A stretch of DNA of 64,000 nt from an uncultured Planctomycetaceae bacterium (GCA_903885565.1 CAISJI010000159.1:10514-74513); one strand, 5' to 3'. Shown: positions 8,254 to 18,680, counted from the stretch's first letter. A program made the numbers and translations. Notes: a model not told the origin generated them from the letters alone.

Positions 8254-9759
8254 TCACTTGACAGACGGCCTGCTAGCATCCGGAGTGCTAGCATCTGCCT
8301 CCAGATCGAAGCAGAGCAGTTGGTCGCGGCCACGCACATAGAGCAGGCCACGGGCCACAACCGGCGGCGCCCAACAGGGAGGGGCGAGCAGGGCACCGCT
8401 CCCGGCCACGCGATCGGCCAGCCGCAGACGGGAGAGCTCGGTGTATTTCTCCGCAGTCGCCTGCACCAGCGCCAGATCGCCAAATTCACCCAACACGATC
8501 AGGTGGTTCCCGACCGCCAGCAGTGTCGCCCGCCCATAGCCGGGCTCGGCCCAGGCCGGAGTGCCGGTCTTCCAGTCGACGCACACCAACTGCGCGTCGC
8601 CGGAGTGGCGTCCGCTGGAGCCGTACAGCCAGCCCTCATGCACGACAGGGGTCGACCAATGCGATTTGAGCGCCTGCTCAGGCCGGGCTCCCTCCCGATC
8701 GCGGCGCACCTCACGCAGGCCCTCGGCAGCCACTCTCAGCAGCACGCTGCCGGGGCCATAGGTTTCCGACAGGAGAACCTCGTCCCCCTGCACCACCGGG
8801 CTGGCCGCCACCGCACTGAAAAGCTCATCGTCCCGCCAGCGAAAGGATGCGGCCACTGTTCCCGTGGCTGGATCGACCACCAGCAGGTCATTCCGCATCC
8901 AGCTGAGAATCCGCTGCCGGTCGCCCATGCGGGCCGCCACGGGGGTGCTGTAGCTGGCGAGTTGATTGGACGACCGCCACGCTTCCCGCCCGCTGACCAG
9001 ATCAAACGCCACCAAACCACTGTCGCTGCCCTTCACGAGGTCGAGCCGTTCCGGCGCTGGCGGAATCGAGCCCGGAGGGCTGCCTCCCACCTGCACGACA
9101 ACCAATCGCTGCCCCGCTCCCTCCACCACCAGAGGCGCAGCTCCCACCCCGAAGAAATTCTGCACGACGTGGTAAGTGGCAGCCGTATCGACCTCCCACA
9201 GCAAGGCGCCATCGGTCAGCCCCCGACATTCCAGCCGACCGTCTGCGGCGAATGTCACCACCCTGTCGCCATCGATCACCGGCTGCGCCCGGGGGCCACC
9301 GTCATAGCCAAACGTGTCGGCATAGGCCGTGGGCGTTCCCTGCTCCCAGAGCGGGCGGCCCGTCTCCGCCTCCAGACACCGCAGCCGCGAGCGCTTGCCC
9401 ACGCGATCAAAAACCACAATGCGGCCACGGGCCACCGCCGGAGCGCAGTAGCCTTCACCCATCGACAGGCTCCAGAGCAAGCGGGGCCCTGCCGCGGGCC
9501 ACGGCACGGCCATCGTGCTGCAGGAACTTGTGCCACGCCCCCCTGGTCCCATGAAGCTGCCCCAATCCTCGCCAGCCCGGATGGCGATGTCGGCGGCTGG
9601 GGGTGGCTCGGCAGCGCAAAGAATCTCGACAGCAAAGATCCCGGCCAGCAGGCCCAAGAGCCACCAGCGGATGCTGGTGCGATGCAGGTGACACGCAGCG
9701 ACTGCGGCCCCCGATCGATGGAAGGACCAGCCCGACGGAATTTCGAAAAGCTGTTTCAT
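8254..9759 (-). CDS. PQQ-like beta-propeller repeat protein (BamB-like family) with a signal/anchor sequence
   Basis: ATG 9759 gives MKQLFEIP...IRWWLLGLLAGIFAVEILCAAEPPP. Repeated W/G-rich propeller blades follow (GRIVVFD, GRPLWE, DGALLWE, GREAWRS, GTPAWAE, GLLYVRG). TGA 8254-8256. Confidence 0.75.
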   Translation of the reverse strand: MKQLFEIPSGWSFHRSGAAVAACHLHRTSIRWWLLGLLAGIFAVEILCAAEPPPAADIAIRAGEDWGSFMGPGGRGTSSCSTMAVPWPAAGPRLLWSLSMGEGYCAPAVARGRIVVFDRVGKRSRLRCLEAETGRPLWEQGTPTAYADTFGYDGGPRAQPVIDGDRVVTFAADGRLECRGLTDGALLWEVDTAATYHVVQNFFGVGAAPLVVEGAGQRLVVVQVGGSPPGSIPPAPERLDLVKGSDSGLVAFDLVSGREAWRSSNQLASYSTPVAARMGDRQRILSWMRNDLLVVDPATGTVAASFRWRDDELFSAVAASPVVQGDEVLLSETYGPGSVLLRVAAEGLREVRRDREGARPEQALKSHWSTPVVHEGWLYGSSGRHSGDAQLVCVDWKTGTPAWAEPGYGRATLLAVGNHLIVLGEFGDLALVQATAEKYTELSRLRLADRVAGSGALLAPPCWAPPVVARGLLYVRGRDQLLCFDLEADASTPDASRPSVK

Positions 9760-9877
9760 GGCAGGATTCTGGCGAAGCGCTGGCCGAAACGTAGCAGCAA
9801 CCACGCTCAAGCTTGTATGGTGAGGGGCAGGCAAGGACTATTGAAGCCTACTCGAAACTGAGACAGGACCCAGGTTG

Positions 9878-10312
9878 ATGACGCGCGACAAGCCACTCCA
9901 GATCGGCGGCGGGAAGGTGGTCATTCCACCCGATGCGCTGGAATGGCAGTTTGCCCGCAGCAGCGGTCCGGGCGGACAGCATGTCAACCGCACCAGTTCC
10001 AAGGCCCTGCTGCGGTTCGATGCCCGGCATACGCCACACCTGCCAGAAGCCATGCGGCGCCGTCTGCTGGCGCTGGTGGGGCCGCAACTGACACGGGAGG
10101 GTTCGCTGATCATCACCAGCCAGCGCCACCGGGATCAGCCGCAGAACGTGGCCGACTGTCTGGAGAAACTGTCCGCCCTGCTGGAACAGGCGCTGATTGT
10201 GCCGAGGATTCGCCGGCGCACCCGCACGCCCCGCTCGGCGATTGCCAAAAGGCTGGAGGGAAAACGCCTGCGTTCAAAGACGAAATCGCTGCGGGGCCAG
10301 CCGGCTGAATGA
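9878..10312 (+). CDS. arfB: Alternative ribosome-rescue factor ArfB (peptidyl-tRNA hydrolase, GGQ family)
   Basis: SSGPGGQHVNRTSSKA is the GGQ motif. The length is ~144 aa with a basic C-terminal tail (RRRTRTPRSAIAKRLEGKRLRSKTK). ATG 9878; the track start at 9875 is TTG. Confidence 0.85.
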   Translation: MTRDKPLQIGGGKVVIPPDALEWQFARSSGPGGQHVNRTSSKALLRFDARHTPHLPEAMRRRLLALVGPQLTREGSLIITSQRHRDQPQNVADCLEKLSALLEQALIVPRIRRRTRTPRSAIAKRLEGKRLRSKTKSLRGQPAE

Positions 10313-10336
10313 TGGCCGCTTGCCCTGCAGTGCGGT

Positions 10337-10345
10337 TGCTATAAT
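10337..10345 (+). promoter_or_regulatory. Extended -10 promoter-like element TGCTATAAT upstream of the UVR-domain gene
   Basis: A perfect TATAAT (10340-10345) is preceded by TGC, 71 nt upstream of ATG 10417, in otherwise GC-rich DNA. There is no good -35 at 17-nt spacing. Confidence 0.35.
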
Positions 10346-10416
10346 TCTTCAGTGTTCTCGGCTCACCGAGTCATCGATCCGCCCCCCTGCCCGTCCGCTT
10401 CCGAAAGGAATCCTCC

Positions 10417-11277
10417 ATGGCCGCACCACGCGATATCGACACGCTGTTGAAGGGCTGGGAGTTTCAGCCGGGGGAGGTCAGCGCCCGCCTCGTCAAGGCC
10501 CGCAACGGCCGGGAAGTTTTGCAGATGCGCGTCGACATGGGCATGCTGCAGATGGAGGCCGATCTCCGGCCTGACGGCGGCCATCCGCACGGTGCCGAGA
10601 CCTATTTCGACTATCTCGTTGGGGAGGCGATCCGCACCGGCGAGTCATTTCGCCTGACCAGGGAACAGTGCGCGGAGGCCGATCGCGAATTCGTGCAGTT
10701 CTACCACCGGCGCATCTGCTGGCTTTCGCTGCATGAATACCGGCGCGCCGCCAAAGACGCCGACCACAGCTTGGCCTTCATGGATTTCGTGCGCCTCCAT
10801 TCTCCCGACGAAGAATGGACGTTGTCCCACGAGCAGTATCGGCCGTTTGTGCTGTTTCACCGCGTCCAGGCCACTGCCTTGGCAACGCTGGAAGAAAGCG
10901 GGCCGGTTTCGGCGATCCAGGAGATCAATGCTGGCCTGGGAAAGTTTAAGGAACTCTTCGCCCGCTACGACGCCAGCGAACAATACTCCGACGACGAGTT
11001 GGTGCGGCGCTTGGAATCGATGCGGGAGAGTGTCCGCGAACGGTATGAAGTGGGACGGACGATCGAAGAGCAACTCGCTGATGCTGTGCACGCGGAAAAC
11101 TACGAACTCGCCGCCTCGCTTCGCGACCGCATGCTGCACCTCCCGACCGAGGAGAAGATGTCCCCGCCAGCCCCCCCCGCCGACGCGCTCGACGCTTCTC
11201 CAGGGACTCCTCCCGAGGGTGGATCAGATGCGACGGAGTCTTCCCTCTCGAAGCCCCCCCGTCGTCGCGACGGCTGA
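10417..11277 (+). CDS. UVR (UvrB/UvrC-motif) domain-containing protein of unknown function
   Basis: 286-aa ORF with an AAGGA motif upstream of the ATG. The C-terminal EEQLADAVHAENYELAASLRDRMLHL matches the UVR motif. The rest has no recognisable catalytic motif. Confidence 0.6.
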   Translation: MAAPRDIDTLLKGWEFQPGEVSARLVKARNGREVLQMRVDMGMLQMEADLRPDGGHPHGAETYFDYLVGEAIRTGESFRLTREQCAEADREFVQFYHRRICWLSLHEYRRAAKDADHSLAFMDFVRLHSPDEEWTLSHEQYRPFVLFHRVQATALATLEESGPVSAIQEINAGLGKFKELFARYDASEQYSDDELVRRLESMRESVRERYEVGRTIEEQLADAVHAENYELAASLRDRMLHLPTEEKMSPPAPPADALDASPGTPPEGGSDATESSLSKPPRRRDG

Positions 11278-11581
11278 AAACGGACCGCCGGGGAAACTGC
11301 AGAGGGGGCAGCGGACTTGCCAGTGGAGGGCGTCTGCCCACTCTCGCTGGGAATTTATTTCAAATCCCCTCCCCCTCCCTGTCGCTTCAGTCGTCCACTG
11401 CGCTGCCCAAACCTGCTCTGCCCCCCGACGCCAGAATGAGTCTGGGTAGCCTGCGCAAGCTGGCCGGTGCCCGGACCATTTTTCCGACCGGCGCGCCATT
11501 TGGCGCGCATAATGCACATGGAGTATTCGGCGGCGGGAGCGGGGCGTGTGCCTCGTACAGCTGCCTGAGGAGACCACACCG

Positions 11582-11893
11582 ATGCCAACGACCACATCGA
11601 CCGCGACCCCTTCCCTGTCGTACCCCGCCCGCGCCTATACCGTGCAGGTGGCTGGGGAGGAGTGCTTGGTGCGGGCTACTCAGATCTGGCCGATTGCCGA
11701 TCTGCTCGCCCCCCCGCTGCCAGAATTGATCGGGGTCGACGAGATGGATGCGGTGGGGGCTTTGGCTCCCGATGAGGCCGGCATCCCTGCTGAAGAGTCG
11801 ATCGGCGCCGGTCTTGCCGCTGCGCCGCGGCGTGGCCGCCGGCAGCGTGCGGTCAGTTCGCGGGCCATGTTCTATCGCGTGGGCGACCGCTAA
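11582..11893 (+). CDS. Hypothetical small protein (103 aa)
   Basis: ATG 11582, TAA 11891-11893. Third-codon positions are roughly three-quarters G/C by hand count, which looks coding. No recognisable motif, and a competing antisense ORF exists. Confidence 0.35.
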   Translation: MPTTTSTATPSLSYPARAYTVQVAGEECLVRATQIWPIADLLAPPLPELIGVDEMDAVGALAPDEAGIPAEESIGAGLAAAPRRGRRQRAVSSRAMFYRVGDR

Positions 11894-11961
11894 ACTCAGG
11901 GCCAACCGCCGGCAGGGGTCGTTCCCCCGGAAACCGGCTCACCCCGCCTGAGAAGTGCGCC

Positions 11962-12756
11962 ATGCCCCAGACGCTGATCCCGCCCGGCGAGCCGTGCCTT
12001 CTCTCAAACTTTGATCCCGGTCATCACGAGGGCTTGGAGCGCGCGGCGGCCGAGGAAGAAACGCGGCTCCACTGCACTGCGCTCGATGAACTGGCCTATC
12101 GGTTGTTCGCTGAGGCCAAACGGGCCGTGGTGGTCGTTCTGCAGGGGATCGACGGCTCCGGGAAGGATGGCGCGATCCGCATGCTGGCCAGCGGCATCAG
12201 CCCGCAGTGCCTCGATGTGAAAAGCTTCAAGTCCCCCAGCGCCCTGGAACTCTCGCACGACTTCCTCTGGCGTGTGCACGCCGCCGTGCCGGCCCATGGA
12301 CGCATCGGGATCTTCAATCGCTCCCACTATGAGGATGTTGTCGTGGTGCGGGTACGGAAGCTCGTTCCCAAGGCGATCTGGCGCGAACGGTATGCCCAGA
12401 TCAACGCCTTTGAAAAGCTGTTGCGGGACGGCGGGCTGACTGTGGTGAAGTGCTTCCTGCACATCAGCAAGGATGAGCAGAGAAAGCGACTGGCCGACCG
12501 ATTGCGCGATCCCGCGAAGCAATGGAAGCTCGGGCCGAGCGATCTGGAAGATCGGCGTTTGTGGGACGATTTTACCACGGCGTACGAGGATGCCATCACC
12601 CACTGCAACACCCCCGAGGCTCCTTGGCACATCGTGCCGGCCAATCACAAGTGGTATCGCAATCTCGTGGTGGCCCGCTTGGTGCGGAAGACACTTGAGG
12701 ACCTCGATCCCCAGTTCCCCCCCTTCGATCCGGCCCTCCTGGCCAAGCTGGAGTAA
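11962..12756 (+). CDS. ppk2: Polyphosphate kinase 2 family protein (polyphosphate:nucleotide phosphotransferase)
   Basis: VVVLQGIDGSGKDGAIR is a PPK2 Walker-A-like motif. FLWRVHAAVPAHGRIGIFNRSHYEDV and a PWHIVPANHKWYRNL lid-like block follow. 264 aa. Confidence 0.85.
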   Translation: MPQTLIPPGEPCLLSNFDPGHHEGLERAAAEEETRLHCTALDELAYRLFAEAKRAVVVVLQGIDGSGKDGAIRMLASGISPQCLDVKSFKSPSALELSHDFLWRVHAAVPAHGRIGIFNRSHYEDVVVVRVRKLVPKAIWRERYAQINAFEKLLRDGGLTVVKCFLHISKDEQRKRLADRLRDPAKQWKLGPSDLEDRRLWDDFTTAYEDAITHCNTPEAPWHIVPANHKWYRNLVVARLVRKTLEDLDPQFPPFDPALLAKLE

Positions 12757-12960
12757 TGCCACAGGCACGGCACTCTGGCTGTCCGTGGAAAAAGTCATCC
12801 CGGACCTTCCGGATTGGAGATAGCCCACTCGGCCGCCTGCAGGAACCGCCGAGGGTTTCCTGGGGCGACCACCGCCGCATCCGACGGCGGATACTTTATC
12901 CACAGCCTACTGGCGTTCGACTGGCCACCGGGCCTGGTATCCGTGGCAACCATCGCTCAA

Positions 12961-15849
12961 TCAGCGTCGGGCGGGGATCGCTCGCGGCGCAATTGTCAGT
13001 TCGCCGTCCGCAGCCAGTGCGGCGGTCAATTCCTGGCAATCGACTTCGCCGCGGAAGGCCATGCTGCCGGGACGGGTGCCCACGGCCGTGACCATCAGTT
13101 CGATCACTTCCCCTGCGGGCAGGGCCTGCAGCGTGTTGAATCGCACCTGCCCTGGGTAGATGTCGGCCGCGTGGCCAGTGGCCGTCACCGGTTCGATGCC
13201 TTCCGCGAAGTACATCGTGGCCGTCACTGCGCTGGCCGGTTCGCTGCCGAGATTGCGCACCGAGATGCGGAGCACGATCGCCTCCCCCTCACCCACGGCC
13301 TGCGGCGGCGACTCCACCTCAAGCGCTAACAGCGATCCCTGAGCCGGCGAATCTTGGATCAGCGAATCTTGGATCAGCGAATCGTGGGCCAGCGAATCGT
13401 GGGCCAGCGAGTCGTGGGTCAGCAATTCCGGTTCTGTTTCGCCGACGACGAATGCCCCTGGCTCGGCCAGAGCCACTTCGACCCCCTCCATGGCATTCGC
13501 TTCCATCGTGTCAGCCGTGTCAGCAGGGTCGAACACGACCAGCGGCTCGAAAGACTCTACTTCGCCGGCCTCGAGTTCGCCGGCCGCAACGGACGGGGCC
13601 TCTGTCTGGAATTCCGGCAGCGGTTCTGTTTCCGCCAGCACCGGGGCGAGCACCGCGAGTTCCTCCGCGGTCAGTTCGGCAAGCGGCTCGGTGGTCTCAG
13701 CCGACACCGCACCATGGTCGGTGACGATCTCCACCAAGGAGTCTGGGGTGGCTTCCTCGACCGGTGCCTGCGCCGCCTCGACCGACACCTGCCGCTGAAC
13801 CATCCGGGGCGCGGCGGCAGGCGTGGCGACCCGAGCGGGCCGGCGTGCTGCAAGCTCAACCGGCCTGCCTGCGGACGGCCGGCGGGCAGGCGCGGCGGCC
13901 TTGGCAGAGGCGGCCTTGGCGGGGATGGCTCTGGCTGGAGCGGCCTTGGGCGACTGCTGAGCGGGATTGGCCATCAGGACTCGAGGCCTCGAGAAGCTGC
14001 CGAAACTCTTCTGCAGCTTTTCGAGGAGCGAGGTGCGCGGGGGGGCCAGCGATTGGCTGGGAGCGGGACGCTGCTCGACTGCCACACGCTGCGGGCGCGG
14101 AGCGGGGCTGGCCTGGAGCACTGTCCGGGCTGGCAGTCGACGGACGGGGGCATGGGGCTGCAGATCCGTCGCCGTCACGGCGGCATTCTCAGGCGGCGCT
14201 GCGGCACCTTCCTGTTCGAGATGGTCGTCAGAGAGTTGTTCACCGCTCCCGACCGAAGCAGCGTCATCGGCAGGAATATCAGCCGGCTGTGCCACGGAAA
14301 CCGCTGCACCGGGCGCGAGGGGGGCCGGAACCGACTCCAGTTCCGCGGGAATGGCCGTGGCCATCGGCGCCAAATCTGCTTCCCACGCTTCCACCTCGGA
14401 CGGCAGGGAGGGAGGCGAGGCCTCCAGTGTTTCCTGCTGTGCATCCTGCGAAACACTCGCAGCACACTGGCAATCCTCCTGGGCCATCACCTCCTCTGGG
14501 GCAACGGCTGGGGCGGATGGGCTGGCGGGAGCGTCGCTGGCCTCAAACAGGTCTGGAACGCCCTGGCTGCGATCTCTCAGCGAAACATCCTCGGCGACCA
14601 CAGCGAGCGGGGGGGCAAATTCCAAACTCTCCTCAGCCGTCACGCCCTGCACACTCAGCAGGCCAGTTTCGGCCGCCATGGCAGGGGCGTTGGCCAGCGA
14701 CGGAGCTGCCATCACAGCGGTGCCGGGGGGGAGGGGCTGTGGCTCTTGCGGAGCCGCCAGCTCTGCCTGAGCCAGACGCGGGTGCGAATGCTGTGGCGCA
14801 GACTCTGGCCGCGAACTGCGCGGCGGGCGTGCCAGGGCGGCCCGGGGCGGTTGGGCGGCGATCGAGCGCGGGTGAACGGCCTGCGCCTTGGCAACGGCCT
14901 GCGCCTTGGAGACGGGCCGCTGCGTGGCTGTGGGCTTGGCACCGCCGCCCGCGGGGACTGCAGCGGCCGCGGGCCGCACCCCGAGGGGACGGGGCAACTT
15001 TGTCATCGCGACCTTCAGTCGATCGAGCAAACTCTGGCGCTGCGCCGCTGTGTGGGCTGCGGGCTGCGCGGTGTGGGCGGCGGGCTGTTGGGCGTGGGTT
15101 GCCGTCGGCGCTAACGCTTGCCGCGCGGAACGTGCGACAGTCGGCACCTGCTGCTGGGCCGTCGACAGTTCGCTGGCTGCGGCAGGCGCAGAGTCGCTGG
15201 CCTGCGGAACTGTCGATTCCTCGGCATCGACTCGCTTCAGAGCCGGTTCCTCGTGCTCGGGTGCCGGTACCGCTTCCTGTTCGGGCTCAGCCGACTCCAC
15301 CGAAACCAGATCGGCGGCCAACGTGGGGCTGTCGACCACGGCGGCAAACTGCTCCTGAGGCGCGGTTGGGGGCTGGAAGGAGCCCGCCACAGGAGGAGGC
15401 ATCACCGCTGGCGCAGTGGGGAGCGGAGGACGCGGGAAATCGGTGGCTGACTCGGGCGGGGCCAACGTCGGTATTCCCAGCGAGGCCCCCGGGGGGGCGG
15501 AAACGGGCAGGGAGACTTGGGGGACAAGCCCTCTGGAATCGGCATGGCCATCGATGTCGGCCAGAGGAGGCGTGACCATCGCTCCCGCCGGGCTCTGGCC
15601 GGCAGCGCCGCCTGTCGGCTGGGCTGTTCCTGGCTGAGGCACCACGCGAATCGGCAGATTGGAGGAGGCGATCCGCTTCGCCAGCGGCAGGCGGCCGGTG
15701 GCCGCGGAGGTGGCGTCGGACTGAGACACGATTGAATAGGTCCGGTGGCCTTCCGCCGGCTCCGCGCCGCGGGCTGCCAACGCACAGAACGTCGCCCCGG
15801 AAGCAAGCAGACCGATCAGGAACGCCTGGGAGATTCGTGTGCGGAGCAT
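12961..15849 (-). CDS. Large secreted Pro/Ala/Glu-rich low-complexity protein with a C-terminal DUF11-type (conserved repeat) beta-sandwich domain
   Basis: ATG 15849 gives MLRTRISQAFLIGLLASGATFCALAARGAEP, a signal peptide. About 800 aa of P/A/E/Q-rich sequence follow. The C-terminal GEAIVLRISVRNLGSEPASAVTATMYFAEGIEPV...ELMVTAVGTRPGS resembles the TIGR01451/DUF11 repeat. Confidence 0.6.
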   Translation of the reverse strand: MLRTRISQAFLIGLLASGATFCALAARGAEPAEGHRTYSIVSQSDATSAATGRLPLAKRIASSNLPIRVVPQPGTAQPTGGAAGQSPAGAMVTPPLADIDGHADSRGLVPQVSLPVSAPPGASLGIPTLAPPESATDFPRPPLPTAPAVMPPPVAGSFQPPTAPQEQFAAVVDSPTLAADLVSVESAEPEQEAVPAPEHEEPALKRVDAEESTVPQASDSAPAAASELSTAQQQVPTVARSARQALAPTATHAQQPAAHTAQPAAHTAAQRQSLLDRLKVAMTKLPRPLGVRPAAAAVPAGGGAKPTATQRPVSKAQAVAKAQAVHPRSIAAQPPRAALARPPRSSRPESAPQHSHPRLAQAELAAPQEPQPLPPGTAVMAAPSLANAPAMAAETGLLSVQGVTAEESLEFAPPLAVVAEDVSLRDRSQGVPDLFEASDAPASPSAPAVAPEEVMAQEDCQCAASVSQDAQQETLEASPPSLPSEVEAWEADLAPMATAIPAELESVPAPLAPGAAVSVAQPADIPADDAASVGSGEQLSDDHLEQEGAAAPPENAAVTATDLQPHAPVRRLPARTVLQASPAPRPQRVAVEQRPAPSQSLAPPRTSLLEKLQKSFGSFSRPRVLMANPAQQSPKAAPARAIPAKAASAKAAAPARRPSAGRPVELAARRPARVATPAAAPRMVQRQVSVEAAQAPVEEATPDSLVEIVTDHGAVSAETTEPLAELTAEELAVLAPVLAETEPLPEFQTEAPSVAAGELEAGEVESFEPLVVFDPADTADTMEANAMEGVEVALAEPGAFVVGETEPELLTHDSLAHDSLAHDSLIQDSLIQDSPAQGSLLALEVESPPQAVGEGEAIVLRISVRNLGSEPASAVTATMYFAEGIEPVTATGHAADIYPGQVRFNTLQALPAGEVIELMVTAVGTRPGSMAFRGEVDCQELTAALAADGELTIAPRAIPARR
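13347..13421 (-). repeat. Five tandem 15-nt units (gcgaatcttggatca x2, gcgaatcgtgggcca x2, gcgagtcgtgggtca x1) encoding HDSLA/QDSLI pentapeptide repeats
   Basis: Read directly. The protein reads THDSLAHDSLAHDSLIQDSLIQDSP, immediately N-terminal to the DUF11-like domain. Confidence 0.85.
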
Positions 15850-16123
15850 GGGAATCGCATCCTGAAAGTGTGTATGGCGGCGGGAGAGCCCCCCGGTTTC
15901 ATCGGTTCTCAGGAACCCAAAGCTTTTGCCGGTTGTGCCGCTGGTGGGGAAAGAAACGCCCGTACCGGTTCCACCGGCAGGAGTTGGGGCAAGCTGCGTG
16001 GACTGCGCCACGCCCGGCCCGCACGGGGGCGCTTTGGCGGGATTTGCCAGTTCGCATACATTTTGAACTGCTCTCCGTCTGTGCCTGCCCGTAACGCCAT
16101 CTGTCCCCAGTCGAGAAGCCCTC

Positions 16124-17206
16124 ATGAAATCTCTTTCGGAATGTTCCGCCCCCGTGTCGGTTGAGCCAGGTTGTGTCGCCGGGGCAAGCGGCTGGTCTCC
16201 CGGAGACTGGCACAGCCTCGCGGAGCGGGTGCTCGCTGGCGGCAGGATCACGCGCGAGGAGGCGCGGGCGGTTTTGGCGTCTGGAGACGAGGAACTGCTC
16301 GACGTCCTCGCCGCGGCGTACCGCATCCGCCGCCAGGCGTTCGGCAACACCGTGCAGCTGTTCTTCCTGATGAATGCCAAGAGCGGGCTCTGCCCGGAGG
16401 ATTGCGGCTACTGCTCCCAGTCGAAAGTTTCCGACGCTGCCATTCCCCGGTACAACCTGCTCTCGGCTCCGAAGCTGCTTGAGGCAGCCCGCATCGCCGC
16501 CGAGCGCCAGTCGAAGACATTTTGCATCGTCATCTCGGCCCGCGGCCCGACGGAACGCGAGATGGATGCCGTCTGCAGCATCGTGCCGGAGATCAAAGCG
16601 AAGTTTGATCTCAACATCTGCGCCTGCCTGGGGCTGCTCACACCCGACCAGGCAAGCCGGCTGGCCGCCGCCGGGGTCGACAAGGTGAATCACAACCTCA
16701 ACACCAGCGCCCGCTTCTATCCTGAAATCTGCTCGACGCACACCTACGAAGACAGGCTTTCCACCCTGTCCGCCTGCCGCTCGGCCGGCTTGCAGTTATG
16801 CAGCGGCGGGATCATGGGAATGGGGGAAACCCACGAAGACCTGATCGACATGGCTGAGGAATTGCGCGATCTGCGGGTGGAATCGATCCCCCTCAACTTT
16901 CTCAATGCCATCGATGGCACGCCACTGCAAACCACCAACCGCCTCAACCCCCGCGACTGCCTGCGGGCCCTGGCGATGATGCGGCTGATGAATCCAGCCG
17001 CGGAGATTCGCATCGCCGGTGGACGGGAGCTCCACCTCGGGAGCCTGCAGGCCCTGGGGCTCTATGCCGCCAACTCCATGTTCGTCGGCGATTACCTGAC
17101 CACCCAGGGCCAGCTCCCTGAAGCCGATTACAAGATGATCGAGGATCTGGGATTTGTGATCACCCGCGGACAGGAAGCGGCCGAGCCTCCTGCCGCTTGC
17201 ACCTGA
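16124..17206 (+). CDS. bioB: Biotin synthase (radical SAM)
   Basis: CPEDCGYCSQS is the CxxxCxxC radical-SAM cluster motif in the BioB context. Length and downstream blocks (NHNLNTS, GGIMGMGE) fit BioB. ATG 16124, TGA 17204-17206. Confidence 0.9.
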   Translation: MKSLSECSAPVSVEPGCVAGASGWSPGDWHSLAERVLAGGRITREEARAVLASGDEELLDVLAAAYRIRRQAFGNTVQLFFLMNAKSGLCPEDCGYCSQSKVSDAAIPRYNLLSAPKLLEAARIAAERQSKTFCIVISARGPTEREMDAVCSIVPEIKAKFDLNICACLGLLTPDQASRLAAAGVDKVNHNLNTSARFYPEICSTHTYEDRLSTLSACRSAGLQLCSGGIMGMGETHEDLIDMAEELRDLRVESIPLNFLNAIDGTPLQTTNRLNPRDCLRALAMMRLMNPAAEIRIAGGRELHLGSLQALGLYAANSMFVGDYLTTQGQLPEADYKMIEDLGFVITRGQEAAEPPAACT

Positions 17207-17293
17207 ACGCGATTGAGCGCATCCGGAGAGCTGGAAAAAACTGGCTCACTCCATCGACTGACCGAGGCGGAGGGGTCGGCGGCAACTCCCGCA

Positions 17294-17617
17294 TCACTCC
17301 TCGCCCGCTGCGCCGAGGCTCATCAGCAGTTCGCTCATTTCGCCGGCGGCATGACCATTGCCCTGCTGCCGGGCCGCTTCGATCCCCTCACGCAGGGCCA
17401 GACGGGCATCGGCATGCCGTCCGCGTTTGACCAAGTGCTGCGCGGCCATTTGGTAGGCCGGTACATAGGGAGGAGTGCTGCGGGCGAGCGCCTCGAGAAT
17501 CTCCAGGCCCGCCTCCCACTCCCCGGCCCCTTCCAACTCCAGCGCCAGGCTGTAGCGGAGGAAGACGTCATCCGGATCGTCCCGGAGCATCGTTTCAATC
17601 TTCTCGCGCCGGCTCAT
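17294..17617 (-). CDS. Small TPR-like helical protein (107 aa)
   Basis: ATG 17617 gives [46 protein letters not shown]..., a helical-repeat pattern. It overlaps the 3' end of the upstream ORF by 23 nt. The upstream part of the track ORF is Arg/Pro/Cys junk. Confidence 0.45.
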   Translation of the reverse strand: MSRREKIETMLRDDPDDVFLRYSLALELEGAGEWEAGLEILEALARSTPPYVPAYQMAAQHLVKRGRHADARLALREGIEAARQQGNGHAAGEMSELLMSLGAAGEE

Positions 17618-18680
17618 TGCCACGGGGCTGTTCTCCTGAGAAATTCTCCACCGCCACCCGCACCACGCGCGAAACATCCCGCCCGTGCACCACGGCAATC
17701 GATTGGTTGGGGAGGCACTGGAGCGACTGGGGGGCCACCAATGCTGTCGCGCAGGTGGCGCGGACCTGCTGACGTCCCTGCTCGAGCGCGGCATCGATCC
17801 GCCACAGCCCTTCCTGCGGCATAGAACCGGCCGCCGCCGTGGGCATTCCCTCTCCCACGGCCCACAGGCTGGCGCCATCTTTGCTATAGGCCGCATCGCG
17901 CACCCGCTGCAGTCCGCTCCCCACCTGCAGCAGGCGGAGCAGACCGTTGCCTGAGTGCATGGAGAGGAGGGCTGCTGTGCCTGCCGGTTGGGGCATAAAC
18001 ATCACCCATTCATCGCGGGGGCTGAGCGTGATGGCTGCGGGGCGCTCCGTCAGCCCACGCGGACAGCGGCGCTCGGTGAAGCCACCGAGGCGTGATCCGG
18101 CAATGGAGCAGCGCAGCAGCGGCGGCATGGGGGCCGGCAAGCCAACCACAGCCAGCCAGTCCCGCGCCGGACTCACCGCCACCTCCACGCCAGTGATCCC
18201 AGCGATCTCCGCCGTCGCCTTGCCGAGATTGACCGTCTGCACGGCCTCGTCGCCAGGGGCGGCCTCGCCAGGGCTGGCCACGCGGTGCACCCGCACCGAC
18301 CACACCTGCTCTGTGCAGCACACCAGCGCCAGCGTGCTGGAATCGAGGCAGGCGATGGCCACGGTCCGCCGCCCGCTCCCTGCCGGGGCTGGTGGGATCG
18401 CCTCCCACCGTTTCGACGGCTCAAACGGCTGCAGGGCCGTGACGGCGCCATCCTGCTGATGGAGAACGTAGAGCGTCTGCCCGGAGGGAGAGGTGGCTAG
18501 CCTGGCCCCCCCCGCCACACCCTCCAGCAGCACCAGCGGCTCCGGAAGCGGGGCGGCCCGCAGCGTGCCCGTCAGCAACACCTGGCAGGCCACCGCCAAG
18601 AGAAGCCAGCTGGTACCGCTGCGTAAAAATGCCCTGGAGCACTCTTTCCACTCGCGGTGAGCCACAGGCATCAGCTTCAT
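17595..18680 (-). CDS. Hypothetical exported protein (361 aa), translationally coupled to leuD
   Basis: The ATG at 18680 overlaps the leuD TGA (ATGA at 18677-18680). The N-terminal [21 protein letters not shown] looks like a signal or anchor. Repeated strand-like segments could be propeller-like. No known motif. Confidence 0.5.
   Translation of the reverse strand: MKLMPVAHREWKECSRAFLRSGTSWLLLAVACQVLLTGTLRAAPLPEPLVLLEGVAGGARLATSPSGQTLYVLHQQDGAVTALQPFEPSKRWEAIPPAPAGSGRRTVAIACLDSSTLALVCCTEQVWSVRVHRVASPGEAAPGDEAVQTVNLGKATAEIAGITGVEVAVSPARDWLAVVGLPAPMPPLLRCSIAGSRLGGFTERRCPRGLTERPAAITLSPRDEWVMFMPQPAGTAALLSMHSGNGLLRLLQVGSGLQRVRDAAYSKDGASLWAVGEGMPTAAAGSMPQEGLWRIDAALEQGRQQVRATCATALVAPQSLQCLPNQSIAVVHGRDVSRVVRVAVENFSGEQPRGNEPARED

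Noticed and set aside
15904-15917. Small inverted repeats upstream of bioB (ggttc-tcag-gaacc; ccggt-tcc-accgg) as a BirA operator.
   Set aside because: The stems are only 5 bp, bear no resemblance to the known bioO dyad that I can recall, and are expected by chance in GC-rich DNA.
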